DNA of 64,000 nucleotides from Pseudolabrys sp. (GCA_019635575.1 JAHBZF010000002.1:13144-77143); one strand, 5' to 3'. Positions 29,119 to 39,211 are shown, counted from the first letter of the stretch. Notes: generated by a model from the sequence alone, not told the origin. A program made the numbers and translations.

Positions 29119-31485
29119 TCAGCGCCGCGCGTTCCAGATGGCGCGGACGACCTTTTCCGGCTTGATCGGCGTCTCGTTGAATTCGAGCTTGAGATGCGAG
29201 AGCGCGTCGCACACCGCATTGGCGATGGCGACCGGCGGCGCGATGGCGCTGCCCTCGCCGACGCCCTTCACGCCGAACGGATTGAGCGGCGACGGATGGT
29301 GCATATGCACCAGATCGAGATGTGGCATGTCGCTCGCGCCCGGCACCAGATAATCCATGAACGATCCGACCAGAATCTGTCCGTCGGCGTCGTAGCTCAT
29401 CTCCTCCAGCAGCGCGCCGCCAAGACCCTGTACCGCGCCGCCGTGGATCTGTCCGTCGACCAACATCGGGTTGATGACCGTGCCGCAGTCATGAACGATG
29501 ACGTATTTGTCGATCGAGACACGGCCGAGATCGGGATCGACCTCGACCAGAGCCGCATGCGCGGCATAAGCCCATGTCACGGTCGGCGGCTCGTAATAGG
29601 CCGTCTCTTCGAGACCCGCCGCCATGCCCTGCGGCCGCGCACTGTCCCAGCCGGGGCGCGCCGCCTTGGCGATGGCCGACAGCGTCACCTCGTTGCCCGG
29701 CACGCCGACGACGCCGACCGCGCCGTTGCGCAATTCGAGATCGCCGGCCGCGCATTCCAGCATGTTGGCGGCGATCGAGAACACCTTTTGCCGCAGCGGC
29801 TCGCTCGCCTGATGGATCGCGCCCGACAAGGTCACGGTGCTGCGGCTGGCGATGGTGCCGAACCCCATGGCGACGCCCGACGTGTCCGCCAGCGACATCA
29901 CCACATCTTTCGGCTCGACCTTCCAGACGTCGGCGACGATCTGCGAAAAAATCGTCTCCATGCCCTGCCCCTGCGGACAGGAGCCGCCGGCGACATAGAT
30001 CTTGCCGGTCGGGTCGATGCGCACCGTCGCGCTCTCGAACGGGCCGACGCCGGTGCCTTCCGTGTAACAACCGAGACCGAGGCCAAGATAGCGGCCCTTC
30101 TCCCGCGCCACGCGCTGCTTCGCGCGGAACGCCTCAAGCCCACCGATGGCCTCGAGCGCGAGGCGCAGCGATTCCGGGTAGTCGCCGCTGTCGTAGACGA
30201 TCATCTCGCCATCGCGATACGGAATGCCGAGATGATACGGCATCTCGGACGCCGGGATCATGTTGCGCAGGCGTACCTCGGCCGGATCGAGGCCGAGTTC
30301 CGCCGCGATCATGTCCATGATCCGCTCCATGGCGAAGGTCGCTTCCGGGCGGCCGGCGCCGCGATACGGCGCGTTGGCAACCTTGTTGGTCGAGACGATG
30401 CGCGAGCGGACGAAGAAGTGATCGAACTTGTACGGCCCCGGCAGATGCACCGCCGTGTTGTAGGCGATGCCGGAACCGATCGGATTCCACGCGCCGCAAT
30501 CGACATAGAAGTTGTCGCTGAACGCGAGCAGCCGCCCGTCGTCGTCGAACCCGGCTTCGACGTCATGGATCTGGTCGCGCGAATGGCAGGCGCTGACGAA
30601 GTGCTCGAACCGGTCCTCGATCCATTTCACCGGCCGGCCGACCGCGCGCGCGAGGAACGGGATGACCAGGTCTTCCGGATAGACGTGACCCTTGGTGCCG
30701 AAACCGCCGCCGACATCGAGCGCGATGCAGCGGATACGCGCTTCCGGCATGTTCAACACCGTCGAGGCTTCGCGCTTGAGCCAATGCACCACCTGACACG
30801 CCGACCAGATCGTCATGGTGTCGGTGCGGGGATCGTGGCTGCCGACGACGCCGCGGCATTCCATCGGGATGCCGGCGTAACGGTGATGGTGGAAGCGCCG
30901 CTTGATCCGGCGCGGCGCGGCAGCCAGCGCCTTTTGCACGTCGCCCTTCTCGACGACGAAATCGCCGATCAGGTTGGTGCCGTATTGCTCGTGCAACACC
31001 GCGCTCTCGGGCGTCAGCCCGGCGATGGGATCGACAACGGCGGGGAGCGGCTCGAGATCGACCTCGACCAGTTCCGCCGCGTCCTCGGCCTGATAGCGCG
31101 TCTCGGCAAGGATCACCGCGACGGCTTCGCCCACATGGCGCACCTTGTCATAGGACAGCAGCGGCTGCTGCGGATTCTGGAATTTGTGCTGGACCCGGGT
31201 GGTCCATTTGCGCGGCAGGGAAAGCTGCGTGTCCGGTACCGGCGGCAGCATCTGCGCCAGTTCCGGACCGGCGATCGCATACACCACACCGGGCGCCTTC
31301 AGCGCGCGCGACAGATCGATCGACTTGATGCGCGCATGCGCCACCTGACTGCGCACGAACGCCGCATGCAGCATGCCCGGCAGCTTGAGATCGGCGACAA
31401 ACTGCCCCTTGCCGGTCAGCAGGCGCTGGTCTTCCTTGCGCGGGATCGAGCGGCCGACGAAGCCGTCACTCTTGACTTCAGACAT
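29119..31485 (-). CDS. Xanthine dehydrogenase family molybdopterin-binding (large) subunit #2
   Basis: RKEDQRLLTGKG, DVGGGFGTKG, PYRGAGRPEA, QGQGMET, NPFGVKGVGE. Confidence 0.94.
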   Translation of the reverse strand: MSEVKSDGFVGRSIPRKEDQRLLTGKGQFVADLKLPGMLHAAFVRSQVAHARIKSIDLSRALKAPGVVYAIAGPELAQMLPPVPDTQLSLPRKWTTRVQHKFQNPQQPLLSYDKVRHVGEAVAVILAETRYQAEDAAELVEVDLEPLPAVVDPIAGLTPESAVLHEQYGTNLIGDFVVEKGDVQKALAAAPRRIKRRFHHHRYAGIPMECRGVVGSHDPRTDTMTIWSACQVVHWLKREASTVLNMPEARIRCIALDVGGGFGTKGHVYPEDLVIPFLARAVGRPVKWIEDRFEHFVSACHSRDQIHDVEAGFDDDGRLLAFSDNFYVDCGAWNPIGSGIAYNTAVHLPGPYKFDHFFVRSRIVSTNKVANAPYRGAGRPEATFAMERIMDMIAAELGLDPAEVRLRNMIPASEMPYHLGIPYRDGEMIVYDSGDYPESLRLALEAIGGLEAFRAKQRVAREKGRYLGLGLGCYTEGTGVGPFESATVRIDPTGKIYVAGGSCPQGQGMETIFSQIVADVWKVEPKDVVMSLADTSGVAMGFGTIASRSTVTLSGAIHQASEPLRQKVFSIAANMLECAAGDLELRNGAVGVVGVPGNEVTLSAIAKAARPGWDSARPQGMAAGLEETAYYEPPTVTWAYAAHAALVEVDPDLGRVSIDKYVIVHDCGTVINPMLVDGQIHGGAVQGLGGALLEEMSYDADGQILVGSFMDYLVPGASDMPHLDLVHMHHPSPLNPFGVKGVGEGSAIAPPVAIANAVCDALSHLKLEFNETPIKPEKVVRAIWNARR

Positions 31486-31984
31486 GAGCCCGCGCTCCCG
31501 CATTCCGCGCCGCGCGCATCTCGGCGGCCGCGGCGAGCACCGCCTTGACGATGTTCTGATAACCAGTGCAGCGGCACAGCACCGCGGACAGGGCTTCGCG
31601 CACCTCCTCCTCGTTCGGCGAGGCGTTGGTGTTCAGAAAGTCGATGGTCGCCGCCAGCATGCCGGGCGTGCAGAAGCCGCATTGCAGGGCATGGTTCTCG
31701 TGGAATGCCTTCTGCACCGGATGGAATTGTCCGCCCTGCGCCAGACCTTCGATCGTGGTGACCTCGGCGCCCTCCGCCTGCACCGCCAGCATCAGGCAGG
31801 ACCGCGCCGCTTCGCCGTTGAACAGGATGGTGCAGGCGCCGCAGACGCCATGCTCACAGCCGACATGGGTGCCGGTAAGGTCGAGATGATCGCGCAGGAA
31901 ATCGGCGAGCAGCGTGCGCGACTCGCATCGCCCCTGATAGTCGCGCCCATTCACCGTCAGGCGGATATCGACCAGCTTCGTCAT
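31478..31984 (-). CDS. (2Fe-2S)-binding small subunit (CoxS/CutS-like)
   Basis: GCEHGVCGACT, RSC, QCGFCTPG, CRCTGY. Confidence 0.95.
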   Translation of the reverse strand: MTKLVDIRLTVNGRDYQGRCESRTLLADFLRDHLDLTGTHVGCEHGVCGACTILFNGEAARSCLMLAVQAEGAEVTTIEGLAQGGQFHPVQKAFHENHALQCGFCTPGMLAATIDFLNTNASPNEEEVREALSAVLCRCTGYQNIVKAVLAAAAEMRAARNAGARAHV

Positions 31985-32034
31985 TGTACTTCCTTCCCCT
32001 GACGGGATGACAACCGTCGCCGTAGGCGACGGCG

Positions 32035-32889
32035 TCACGCCGCGGCGCGTTGCAGCGCCCGGCTGGTGAGAACCTTGGTCAGATGCCGCCGATAATCCGC
32101 GCTGCCGTTGCGATCATCGAGCGGCTCGATCGCCTCAGCCGCCGCGGCGGCTGCCGCGGCGATCCCGTCCGCATCGACGGCACGGCCTAGAAGCACTTCC
32201 TCTGCGGCGGCGATCCGGCGCGAACGTGCCGAAACACCGGCGGTGGCGATGCGCGCGGACGCGCACACGCCCTTGTCCATCTCCAGAACGACGGTGACAG
32301 CGGCAATGGCAAAATCGCCATGCCGTCGCGAGAATTCTTCCACCGCGAAGCGCGCACCGGGCGCCATCTTGGGAAAGCGGACCTCGGTCAGCACCTCGTC
32401 TTCCGCGAGGCTGGTAATCATCGCGTCTTCGATCAGATTGGCCGCCGCGATCCGCCGCTCGCCGCTTGGCCCACGCACGCTGACCTCGCCGCCCAGGGCC
32501 TGCAGCACCATCGGGATTTCCGCCGCCGCATCGGCATTGGCGATCGAGCCGCCGATGGTGCCGCGCGAGCGCGTCGGCAAATGTCCGACCATGCGGATCG
32601 CCGCCTGCAGCACCGGCAGATCGCGCGCGACGATGTCGGAGAATTCGACCGCCCGCTGCCGCGTCATCGCGCCGACGCGGACGACATCGTTATCGTTCTT
32701 GATATAGGCCAGTTCGGGGATGCGATTGAGATCGACGACGATGGCCGGCGTCGCCAGCCGGAAATTCATCATCGGCACCAAAGTCTGCCCGCCCGCCAGC
32801 AGACGGGCCTCGCCGCCATGACGCCCGAGCAGCGCCACCACCTCCTCGACCGTGGTGGGCGCCTGATAGTCGAAAGCTGCGGGCTTCAT
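32035..32889 (-). CDS. FAD-binding medium subunit (CoxM/CutM-like)
   Basis: MKPAAFDY, LAGGQTLVP, RGTIGGS, RRHGDFA. Confidence 0.95.
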   Translation of the reverse strand: MKPAAFDYQAPTTVEEVVALLGRHGGEARLLAGGQTLVPMMNFRLATPAIVVDLNRIPELAYIKNDNDVVRVGAMTRQRAVEFSDIVARDLPVLQAAIRMVGHLPTRSRGTIGGSIANADAAAEIPMVLQALGGEVSVRGPSGERRIAAANLIEDAMITSLAEDEVLTEVRFPKMAPGARFAVEEFSRRHGDFAIAAVTVVLEMDKGVCASARIATAGVSARSRRIAAAEEVLLGRAVDADGIAAAAAAAAEAIEPLDDRNGSADYRRHLTKVLTSRALQRAAA

Positions 32890-32940
32890 CGAACGCTTTC
32901 CTCACGACATTGCCGGCGCGCAGCGCGGGCAACGGATACT

Positions 32941-33738
32941 TTATGCCAGCGCCTGGGCGGCTCGACTCCGGTGAGAGACGTGCCAGTGCACGGACATGTT
33001 TTCCAGCATGGCAATCGCACCGTAGAATACGAGAGCGAGCACGGAGATCCATGTCAACGCCACGAAGATCAGCGTGGTATCGAGCACGCCGTTGGCGGTG
33101 ACCAGCACATAGCCGAGGCCTTCATTGGCGCCGATGAACTCGCCGACGATAGCGCCCACCGTCGCGAGCGTGATTGCCACCTTCATCGAGCCGAAAATGC
33201 CCGGCAACGCCGAGGGTAGCTGCAGATGGCGGAAGATCTTGATCGGGTCCGCGCCCATCGAGCGCAGCAGGAACATCGAATCGTTGTCGATCGAGCGCAG
33301 GCCGACCATGGCGCTGATCATCACCGGGAAGAACGACAGCAGAAACGCCAGCAGGACTTTCGGCAGGAAGCCGAAACCGAGCCAGACCACCAGCAACGGG
33401 CCGAGCGCGACCTTGGGGATCACCTGAACGACGACCAGCCAGGGATAGAAAGCCTTGTCGATGGTGCGCACGAACACGATCATCGCCGCGAGCGCGACGC
33501 CGATGATCACGGCGAGTACGAAACCGAGGATGATCTCGAAACTGGTGACGACGGCGTGGTGCAGCATCAGGTCGGCGGTATCGCCGATCCGCGCGACGAT
33601 CGATGACGGTGCCGGCAACACATAGGGTGGAAACCAGCCGGCGCGCGCGCCGAATTCCCACACGACGATACTGACGATGAACACGAGTGCCGGATAAGCT
33701 ATATCGGTCAGCTGCCGCATCGCCGAACGTGTCGTCAT
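32941..33738 (-). CDS. ABC transporter permease (TauC/SsuC family)
   Basis: VLPAPS, IPKVALGPL, ATVGAIVGEF...GLG. Confidence 0.92.
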   Translation of the reverse strand: MTTRSAMRQLTDIAYPALVFIVSIVVWEFGARAGWFPPYVLPAPSSIVARIGDTADLMLHHAVVTSFEIILGFVLAVIIGVALAAMIVFVRTIDKAFYPWLVVVQVIPKVALGPLLVVWLGFGFLPKVLLAFLLSFFPVMISAMVGLRSIDNDSMFLLRSMGADPIKIFRHLQLPSALPGIFGSMKVAITLATVGAIVGEFIGANEGLGYVLVTANGVLDTTLIFVALTWISVLALVFYGAIAMLENMSVHWHVSHRSRAAQALA

Positions 33739-33751
33739 GGAACCGGCCTCC

Positions 33752-34543
33752 TCAATGCATAATCGCGTCGCGCAGCGTCGCCTGATAGGCGGCAAACCGC
33801 GGCGTGTCGCGCATCTCGACGGTGCGCGGGCGCGGCAGATCGATGGTCACGTCCTGCGCGATGCGGCCCGGACGTGGCGACATCACCACGACGCGGTCGG
33901 CCAGAAAGATGGCTTCGGAAATGCTGTGCGTCACCATCACCGCCGTGCAGCCGGTGGCGAGCCAGATTTTCTGCAGATCGAGATTGATCTGGTCGCGGGT
34001 GATGGCATCGAGCGCGCCGAACGGCTCGTCGAGCAGCAGCAATGAAGCATCGTGCAGCAGCGCGCGGCACAGCGCCACGCGCTGGCGCATGCCGCCGGAC
34101 AATTCCCACGGCCGGCGATCGGCAAAGCCGCGCAGCCCGACCGTCTCGAGCAGTTGCAGCGCCTTTTCGCGACTGGCGTTGCGGTCGAGACCGCGAATGT
34201 CCGCCTGCAGCATCACGTTGCCGAGGACGGTCCGCCAGTCGAACAGCAGATCGCGCTGGAACACGATGCCGACCTCGGTCAGCGGCCGCGTCACCTTCTT
34301 GCCGTCGACGACGACGCTGCCGGACGAGGGTGGCGTCAGGCCGGCGGTGATCATCAGCAACGTGCTCTTGCCGCAACCGCTCGGACCGAGGATCGCGACG
34401 AACTCGCCGCGCCGCACCGTCAGATCGACGTTCTCCAGCGCGACAACACCGTCACCGGCGCCGAAGCGTTTGTAGAGCCCCTTGACCTCGATCTGGTTGT
34501 CCGTTCCCGCCGGCGTGGGGGCACTTTCACGTTGGACGGTCAT
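33752..34543 (-). CDS. ABC transporter ATP-binding protein (TauB/SsuB family)
   Basis: GPSGCGKST, LSGGMRQR, LLDEPF, VTHS. Confidence 0.93.
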   Translation of the reverse strand: MTVQRESAPTPAGTDNQIEVKGLYKRFGAGDGVVALENVDLTVRRGEFVAILGPSGCGKSTLLMITAGLTPPSSGSVVVDGKKVTRPLTEVGIVFQRDLLFDWRTVLGNVMLQADIRGLDRNASREKALQLLETVGLRGFADRRPWELSGGMRQRVALCRALLHDASLLLLDEPFGALDAITRDQINLDLQKIWLATGCTAVMVTHSISEAIFLADRVVVMSPRPGRIAQDVTIDLPRPRTVEMRDTPRFAAYQATLRDAIMH

Positions 34544-34627
34544 GCGCCCCCTCTCGTTCTGCAGGATGTAACGTCGCAAGTGTCGGTCGAACGGCGCCCG
34601 ATGCCACCGCATCGCGCGCCGTTCAAT

Positions 34628-35599
34628 TTAGCGGAAATCGTTGGTGAAGACGTCGGCCGGGTCGACCCGCTTCATGCCGGCGAATTCCACCATCGTATCG
34701 ACCGCCTTTTTCCAGTCGTCGGGCGACTGCCAGCCGAACGGCTTGCCGGAGGTGCCGCCGATATATTGCTGCGAGTCCAGGAACGCGTCCTTGAGCGGAG
34801 CTTCCTTGCCCTTGAGCAGCGGCCGCGCCGCAATCACGCTCTCCACCGCCGCATCCGGCTGCTTGATCGCCTCTTCCCAAGATTTGGCGGTAGCCGCGAC
34901 GAAACGCTTGATCAAATCCGGATTGGCCTTGAGCTTCTCGCGCGAGACGATGATGCCGTGCGACGGCAGCACGATGCCGGAATCGGCGAAGTCGAACTTG
35001 CCGACCTCCTTGATGCCGACCGCGAGCATCAGCGGCTTGCCGGCGGTGCCGTAGGTCGCCACCGCATCGGCCTGACCCTGCGCAACAGCGGTGTATTTCA
35101 CCGAGCAATCCATGATCACGCTTTGCGCATCGGTCGGCTTGATGCCGATCGCACGATAATAAGCCGGCAGATAGACGGCGATGCCGTCACCGGCGCAGGA
35201 CGAGATTTTTTTGCCGACGAGGTCCTTCGGCGTCGACAGTTTGCCCTTGGGGAAGAAGATCGACAGCGTCGAGCGCTGGAACACGCCCATCGCCACCTTC
35301 ACCGGCAATCCTTCGCCGATCAGGCGCGCGGCCGTGGTGGCGTCAGCGAAAGCGAAATCGTCGGCCTGATTGGCGACGAGATTGACGCCGGTGCTCGACC
35401 CCTTGCCTTCCTCGACCTTCAGATCGATGCCGGCGTCCTTGTAGTAGCCTTTGGCGACGCCGTAATAGAACGGAACGTGATAACCGAGCGTCGTCCAGTC
35501 CAGACGCAAGGTCGCCTTGTCCTGCGCCGAAGCGCCGCCGATGGACAAAACCGTCAACGCGCCGGCCACCAATGCCACAAGAGCCTTGCCGTTCCTCAT
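34628..35599 (-). CDS. NMT1/THI5-like ABC substrate-binding protein
   Basis: Signal peptide, LRLDWTTLGYHVPFYYGVAKGYYKDAGID, EGKGS, FTNDF. Confidence 0.9.
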   Translation of the reverse strand: MRNGKALVALVAGALTVLSIGGASAQDKATLRLDWTTLGYHVPFYYGVAKGYYKDAGIDLKVEEGKGSSTGVNLVANQADDFAFADATTAARLIGEGLPVKVAMGVFQRSTLSIFFPKGKLSTPKDLVGKKISSCAGDGIAVYLPAYYRAIGIKPTDAQSVIMDCSVKYTAVAQGQADAVATYGTAGKPLMLAVGIKEVGKFDFADSGIVLPSHGIIVSREKLKANPDLIKRFVAATAKSWEEAIKQPDAAVESVIAARPLLKGKEAPLKDAFLDSQQYIGGTSGKPFGWQSPDDWKKAVDTMVEFAGMKRVDPADVFTNDFR

Positions 35600-35650
35600 G
35601 ACGCCTTCCCTTTCAATGGGTGACTGATAATCTTCCCGGACTTTTGAGCG

Positions 35651-35688
35651 ACTATAATTCGCCCATGCAAAACTGTCTAGTCAGTCAA
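35651..35688 (-). promoter_or_regulatory. Sigma70 promoter overlapped by a degenerate TetR (RutR-like) box
   Basis: Minus strand TAGACA(35679-74)-N17-TATAGT(35656-51). Box TTGACTGACTAGACAG at 35688-35673. Confidence 0.6.
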
Positions 35689-35829
35689 CTGAAAAGCACT
35701 GGCCTCTGCCACGCGGTGCTTGCCGGGTCTTGCGCATGTTTCCGATACCGTCCCCGGTGCCGGCCCTGAATGCGATTTTGACGCGGTTCTCCGGCGTCAG
35801 CCAGCCGGAAGCCTGCGATTTGCGCCGGA

Positions 35830-37548
35830 TTAGCCAAGATGTCGCGCAATATCCTGCGCAGCGGCATAAGCGAACACGATCGCCGGCCCGATGGTGATGC
35901 CGGGGCCGGGATAATTGCCGCCCATAACCGAGTGCATATCGTTGCCGCCGGCGTACAATCCGCCGATCCGTGCTCCATTGCGATGCAACACGCCCGCATT
36001 TTCATCGGTCACGAAGCCGGTGGCCGCGCCCATGTCGCCGGGATAGAGCCGCACGGCATAAAAAGGCGGCGTTTCCAGCGGCGCCAGGCAGGCATTGGGC
36101 TTGTGGGCCGGATCGCCGGCGGTGATGCGCTGATAATCGGTGCCGCCGCGGCCGAAATCCTCATCGACGCCGCGCCGCGCGAGATCGTTGAAGCGGGTTA
36201 TCGTCGCGCGCAATGCGGCCGGGTCGATCGACAGTTTGCCTGCCAGCTCGTCGAGGCTGTCGGCCTGCGTCAAATAGCCGTCCCGCAGGAACGCGCCGCG
36301 TCCGAACCGGCCGGGCCGCACCATGCCGAGTCCATATTTCCGCAACGCCGTTTCATCGGCAATGAGGAAGGCCGGGATCGCCGGCGAATGCGCATTCGCG
36401 TTGTAAAGGCCCTGCCCGAACGGATGATATGACAGCGCTTCATTCACAAACCGCTGTCCCGCCTGATTGACGGTAACGGTTCCCGGCCGGCCGCGGTCGA
36501 AAATGAAATGTGGAAACACCGCCGTCGTTCCGTCGGCGCGTGGGCGCACCGACACCGGCGTCCAGAACGCCGTATCGCGGCCGTCGGCGCCATAATAGGC
36601 GCCGAGATCGAGCAGCAGATCGTGCAATTGGCCCGTATGTCCCGGCGCACCGGGGCAATAATCCGGCACCGGCTTGCGCAGCATCTCCTGACGCCGCTGC
36701 GGATGACGATTGAATCCGCCGGTCGCCGCGATCAGCCCGCCGCGCACGCTGATGGATTGCGTGCGGCCGCTCTGCGTCAGCGTCACGCCGGTGACGCGGC
36801 CGCCTTCCACCGCGATGGAATCGATCTGGGTCTGCATCAGGATCGGCACATGGCGCTCGTGCAGCGATAGCAGCAATCGCGCGATCAGCGCATTGCCCAT
36901 CATCAGCCGCGTCCCGCGATCATGCGTCAGCCGGTCTCGCGCATGCCGTCCGAGGATTTTCAGCGAATGGAGCAGCGCCTTCGGCGAGCGCGTGGCGGCG
37001 AGCAGATTGAGCACATCCTCCTGGTTCACCATCATGCCGCCGAGAATGGTGAATTCCGGGATCGGTTCGCGCACGAGCCCGAGCAAGGTCTTGAGCCGGC
37101 GGCCATCGAACGGCATCGCTTCCAGCACCCGGCCCTTCAGGGTCGCGCCGGGCAGATCGCTGTTGTAATCGGGATGCAGAGCGCGCGCACGGAAGCGGAC
37201 ATGCGATTGCTGCTCGAGCTGCGCCACCGCCGCGGCGCCGTTGCGCAAGAAGGCCATCCGTAGCGATTCAAGCGACTCGTTGCCGACGGAATGGCGCAGA
37301 TAAAGCGCCGCCTTCTCGATGCTGTCATCGGCGCCGACCGCCGCCGCGTGGTGCGTATTGGGAATCCAGGCGCTGCCCGCCGACCAGGCGCTGGTGCCGC
37401 CGAGACGGTCGGTGCGTTCGATCAGCAGCGGCCGCAACCCGGCGATGGCCGAGAACAGTGCCGCCGACAGCCCGGCGACGCCGGCGCCGGCGACCACCAC
37501 ATCGAAATCCTGCCGGTCGGGGAAGTCGGACAATGTCGCCGGGATCAT
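35830..37548 (-). CDS. FAD-dependent oxidoreductase (3-ketosteroid dehydrogenase/fumarate reductase flavoprotein-like)
   Basis: DVVVAGAGVAG, GGTSAWSAG, HPDY, ATGGF, RFVNEA, PFYAV, GLYAGGND, YPGPGITIGPA. Confidence 0.9.
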   Translation of the reverse strand: MIPATLSDFPDRQDFDVVVAGAGVAGLSAALFSAIAGLRPLLIERTDRLGGTSAWSAGSAWIPNTHHAAAVGADDSIEKAALYLRHSVGNESLESLRMAFLRNGAAAVAQLEQQSHVRFRARALHPDYNSDLPGATLKGRVLEAMPFDGRRLKTLLGLVREPIPEFTILGGMMVNQEDVLNLLAATRSPKALLHSLKILGRHARDRLTHDRGTRLMMGNALIARLLLSLHERHVPILMQTQIDSIAVEGGRVTGVTLTQSGRTQSISVRGGLIAATGGFNRHPQRRQEMLRKPVPDYCPGAPGHTGQLHDLLLDLGAYYGADGRDTAFWTPVSVRPRADGTTAVFPHFIFDRGRPGTVTVNQAGQRFVNEALSYHPFGQGLYNANAHSPAIPAFLIADETALRKYGLGMVRPGRFGRGAFLRDGYLTQADSLDELAGKLSIDPAALRATITRFNDLARRGVDEDFGRGGTDYQRITAGDPAHKPNACLAPLETPPFYAVRLYPGDMGAATGFVTDENAGVLHRNGARIGGLYAGGNDMHSVMGGNYPGPGITIGPAIVFAYAAAQDIARHLG

Positions 37549-37582
37549 CGCGCGCTCCGAACTGGGTCGTCGCAACCCATTA

Positions 37583-37602
37583 TGTTGAATAGGTATTCAA
37601 CA
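37583..37602. promoter_or_regulatory. Perfect palindromic TetR operator between the flavoprotein gene and tetR
   Basis: TGTTGAATA-GG-TATTCAACA (9-bp arms). Confidence 0.7.
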
Positions 37603-37802
37603 CGGAACCGAAAATGAATTCAATCGGCTTGCCGCTGAAATCCGATCCGGTTCCCGGACCGGAAGCCTGGATCGCGGGGCGGCGCAGCATTCACGGATCG
37701 GCCGCTGGCCGTTTCGGCAATTGCCTAGCACCGCCGAAGATTGATAAATCAAAGCTTGAGTCATGGAACGGCCGTTGTGCCGTTTCGCTGGGAGATGCCG
37801 TC

Positions 37803-38453
37803 GTGGCACGTCGACACAACGATCCGGCTCGAACCCGCGAGCAGATTCTCGCCAAGGCGACCGATGAGTTCGCGCGGCTGGGCTTCGAAGGCGGTCGCGT
37901 CGACCGCATCGCCGCGCGCTGCAATCTCAGCAAGAACATGCTGTATTACTATTTCCACTCGAAGGAAAAACTGTTCGTCGCCGTGCTCGAGCGCATGTAC
38001 GAGCGCATGCGTGACCAGCAGCGCGATCTCGCGGTGCGCACCAGCGATCCCGCCGTGGCGCTGGAACAGCTTATTCGCTATACATTTAATGCCTTTCGTG
38101 ACGATCCAACGATCATCCGGCTGATGAACGAGGAGAACAAGCACAAGGGCAAATACCTCAAGAAATCGCAGCGCGTTCGCGATCTCTATGGTCCGCTGCT
38201 GGAGACGCTGACCTTCGTCATCGAGCGCGGCTGCAAGGACGGTGTGTTCCGGCCCAATCTCGATCCGGTGACCGTCTATCTGATGTTCTGCGCGCTCTGC
38301 TATCACTACCTGTCGAACCAGTTCACGCTGGAGATCGCGCTCGGTCGCGACATGTCGTCGGAGAGCGCGCAACAACGCTGGGTCGATCAGATCGTCGAGG
38401 TCATGTCGCTCCACTGTCTGGCCGGCTCGCCGAGCCTGCGAAAAATCGCCTGA
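37803..38453 (+). CDS. TetR family regulator (NicS/RutR-like)
   Basis: TREQILAKATDEFARLGFEGGRVDRIAA...MLYYYFHSKEKLF, RLMNEEN, G.FRP.LDP. GTG start after GGGAGA. Confidence 0.92.
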   Translation: MARRHNDPARTREQILAKATDEFARLGFEGGRVDRIAARCNLSKNMLYYYFHSKEKLFVAVLERMYERMRDQQRDLAVRTSDPAVALEQLIRYTFNAFRDDPTIIRLMNEENKHKGKYLKKSQRVRDLYGPLLETLTFVIERGCKDGVFRPNLDPVTVYLMFCALCYHYLSNQFTLEIALGRDMSSESAQQRWVDQIVEVMSLHCLAGSPSLRKIA

Positions 38454-38617
38454 CGCGGCCGTCGGCACCACCTTTCGTACAAACAGATGTGGATCAGCGC
38501 GCGGCAAACGATGCCGATGACGCCTCCATTTTGCATTCACGCTTATCAAATTGCATGCAGTCAACGAGAATTGCATGGAGTGCAGATCTGGCTTTCAAGC
38601 CTGGGCCGGCCCGTTTA

Positions 38618-38645
38618 TTGACTAAATAGTCAAGAAGGCTATGAT
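38618..38645 (+). promoter_or_regulatory. Promoter of the cupin gene overlapped by a TetR operator
   Basis: Palindrome TTGACTA-AA-TAGTCAA at 38618-38633. TTGACT-N16-TATGAT. Confidence 0.72.
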
Positions 38646-38680
38646 CGCGGCAATCGGAAGCCAAAGGATGGAGTTGTTTC

Positions 38681-39211
38681 ATGGGCGTCGCAAGACATCC
38701 GCTACCCGCCGAGCTTGTGGGCGTTTCGCTGGAAGACGTCATGGCCCGCTATACGGCCCGCTATGCCGACCGCAAGGCGGACTGGGCGGCGTTCGAGGAT
38801 GCCAAGATCGAAGGTTATCGCCGCGCCCAGCACCGCTTCATCGGCGCCGGCGGCTCGGGCAAGCATGGCGAGAGCGGCTTCATCCCCGCCAAGAACTTCA
38901 CCCTGTCGATCATGTTCGTGCCGCCGGGCCAGGGCAATGCGGCGCATACCCATGAAGTCGAAGAAGTGTTCTTCGTGCTGCAGGGCCATCTCGATGTCTT
39001 CATCGAGGACGAGACCGGCAAGCGTCTCACCAAGCGGCTCGGTCCGTGGGAGTGCATCTCCTGCCCGGCCGGCGTGATCCACGGATACCAGAACGACAGC
39101 CTCGAGCCGGTCTACTTCCAGGTGATGCTCGGCCGCGGCCAGCCGGAGACCATGGGCTACGCCGACGAGGACCTCTACAAGCGCCGTGACGCGCATCTGA
39201 AATCGGCCTGA
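38681..39211 (+). CDS. Cupin domain protein
   Basis: PPGQGNAAHTHEVEEVFFVLQG and PAGVIHGYQN metal-binding motifs. Confidence 0.92.
   Translation: MGVARHPLPAELVGVSLEDVMARYTARYADRKADWAAFEDAKIEGYRRAQHRFIGAGGSGKHGESGFIPAKNFTLSIMFVPPGQGNAAHTHEVEEVFFVLQGHLDVFIEDETGKRLTKRLGPWECISCPAGVIHGYQNDSLEPVYFQVMLGRGQPETMGYADEDLYKRRDAHLKSA

Noticed and set aside
29119-32889. Aerobic CO dehydrogenase (coxMSL)
   Set aside because: None of the three large subunits has the form I AYxCSFR motif. The YRGAGR loop is shared by many non-CO Mo-hydroxylases, and no coxDEF genes are present.
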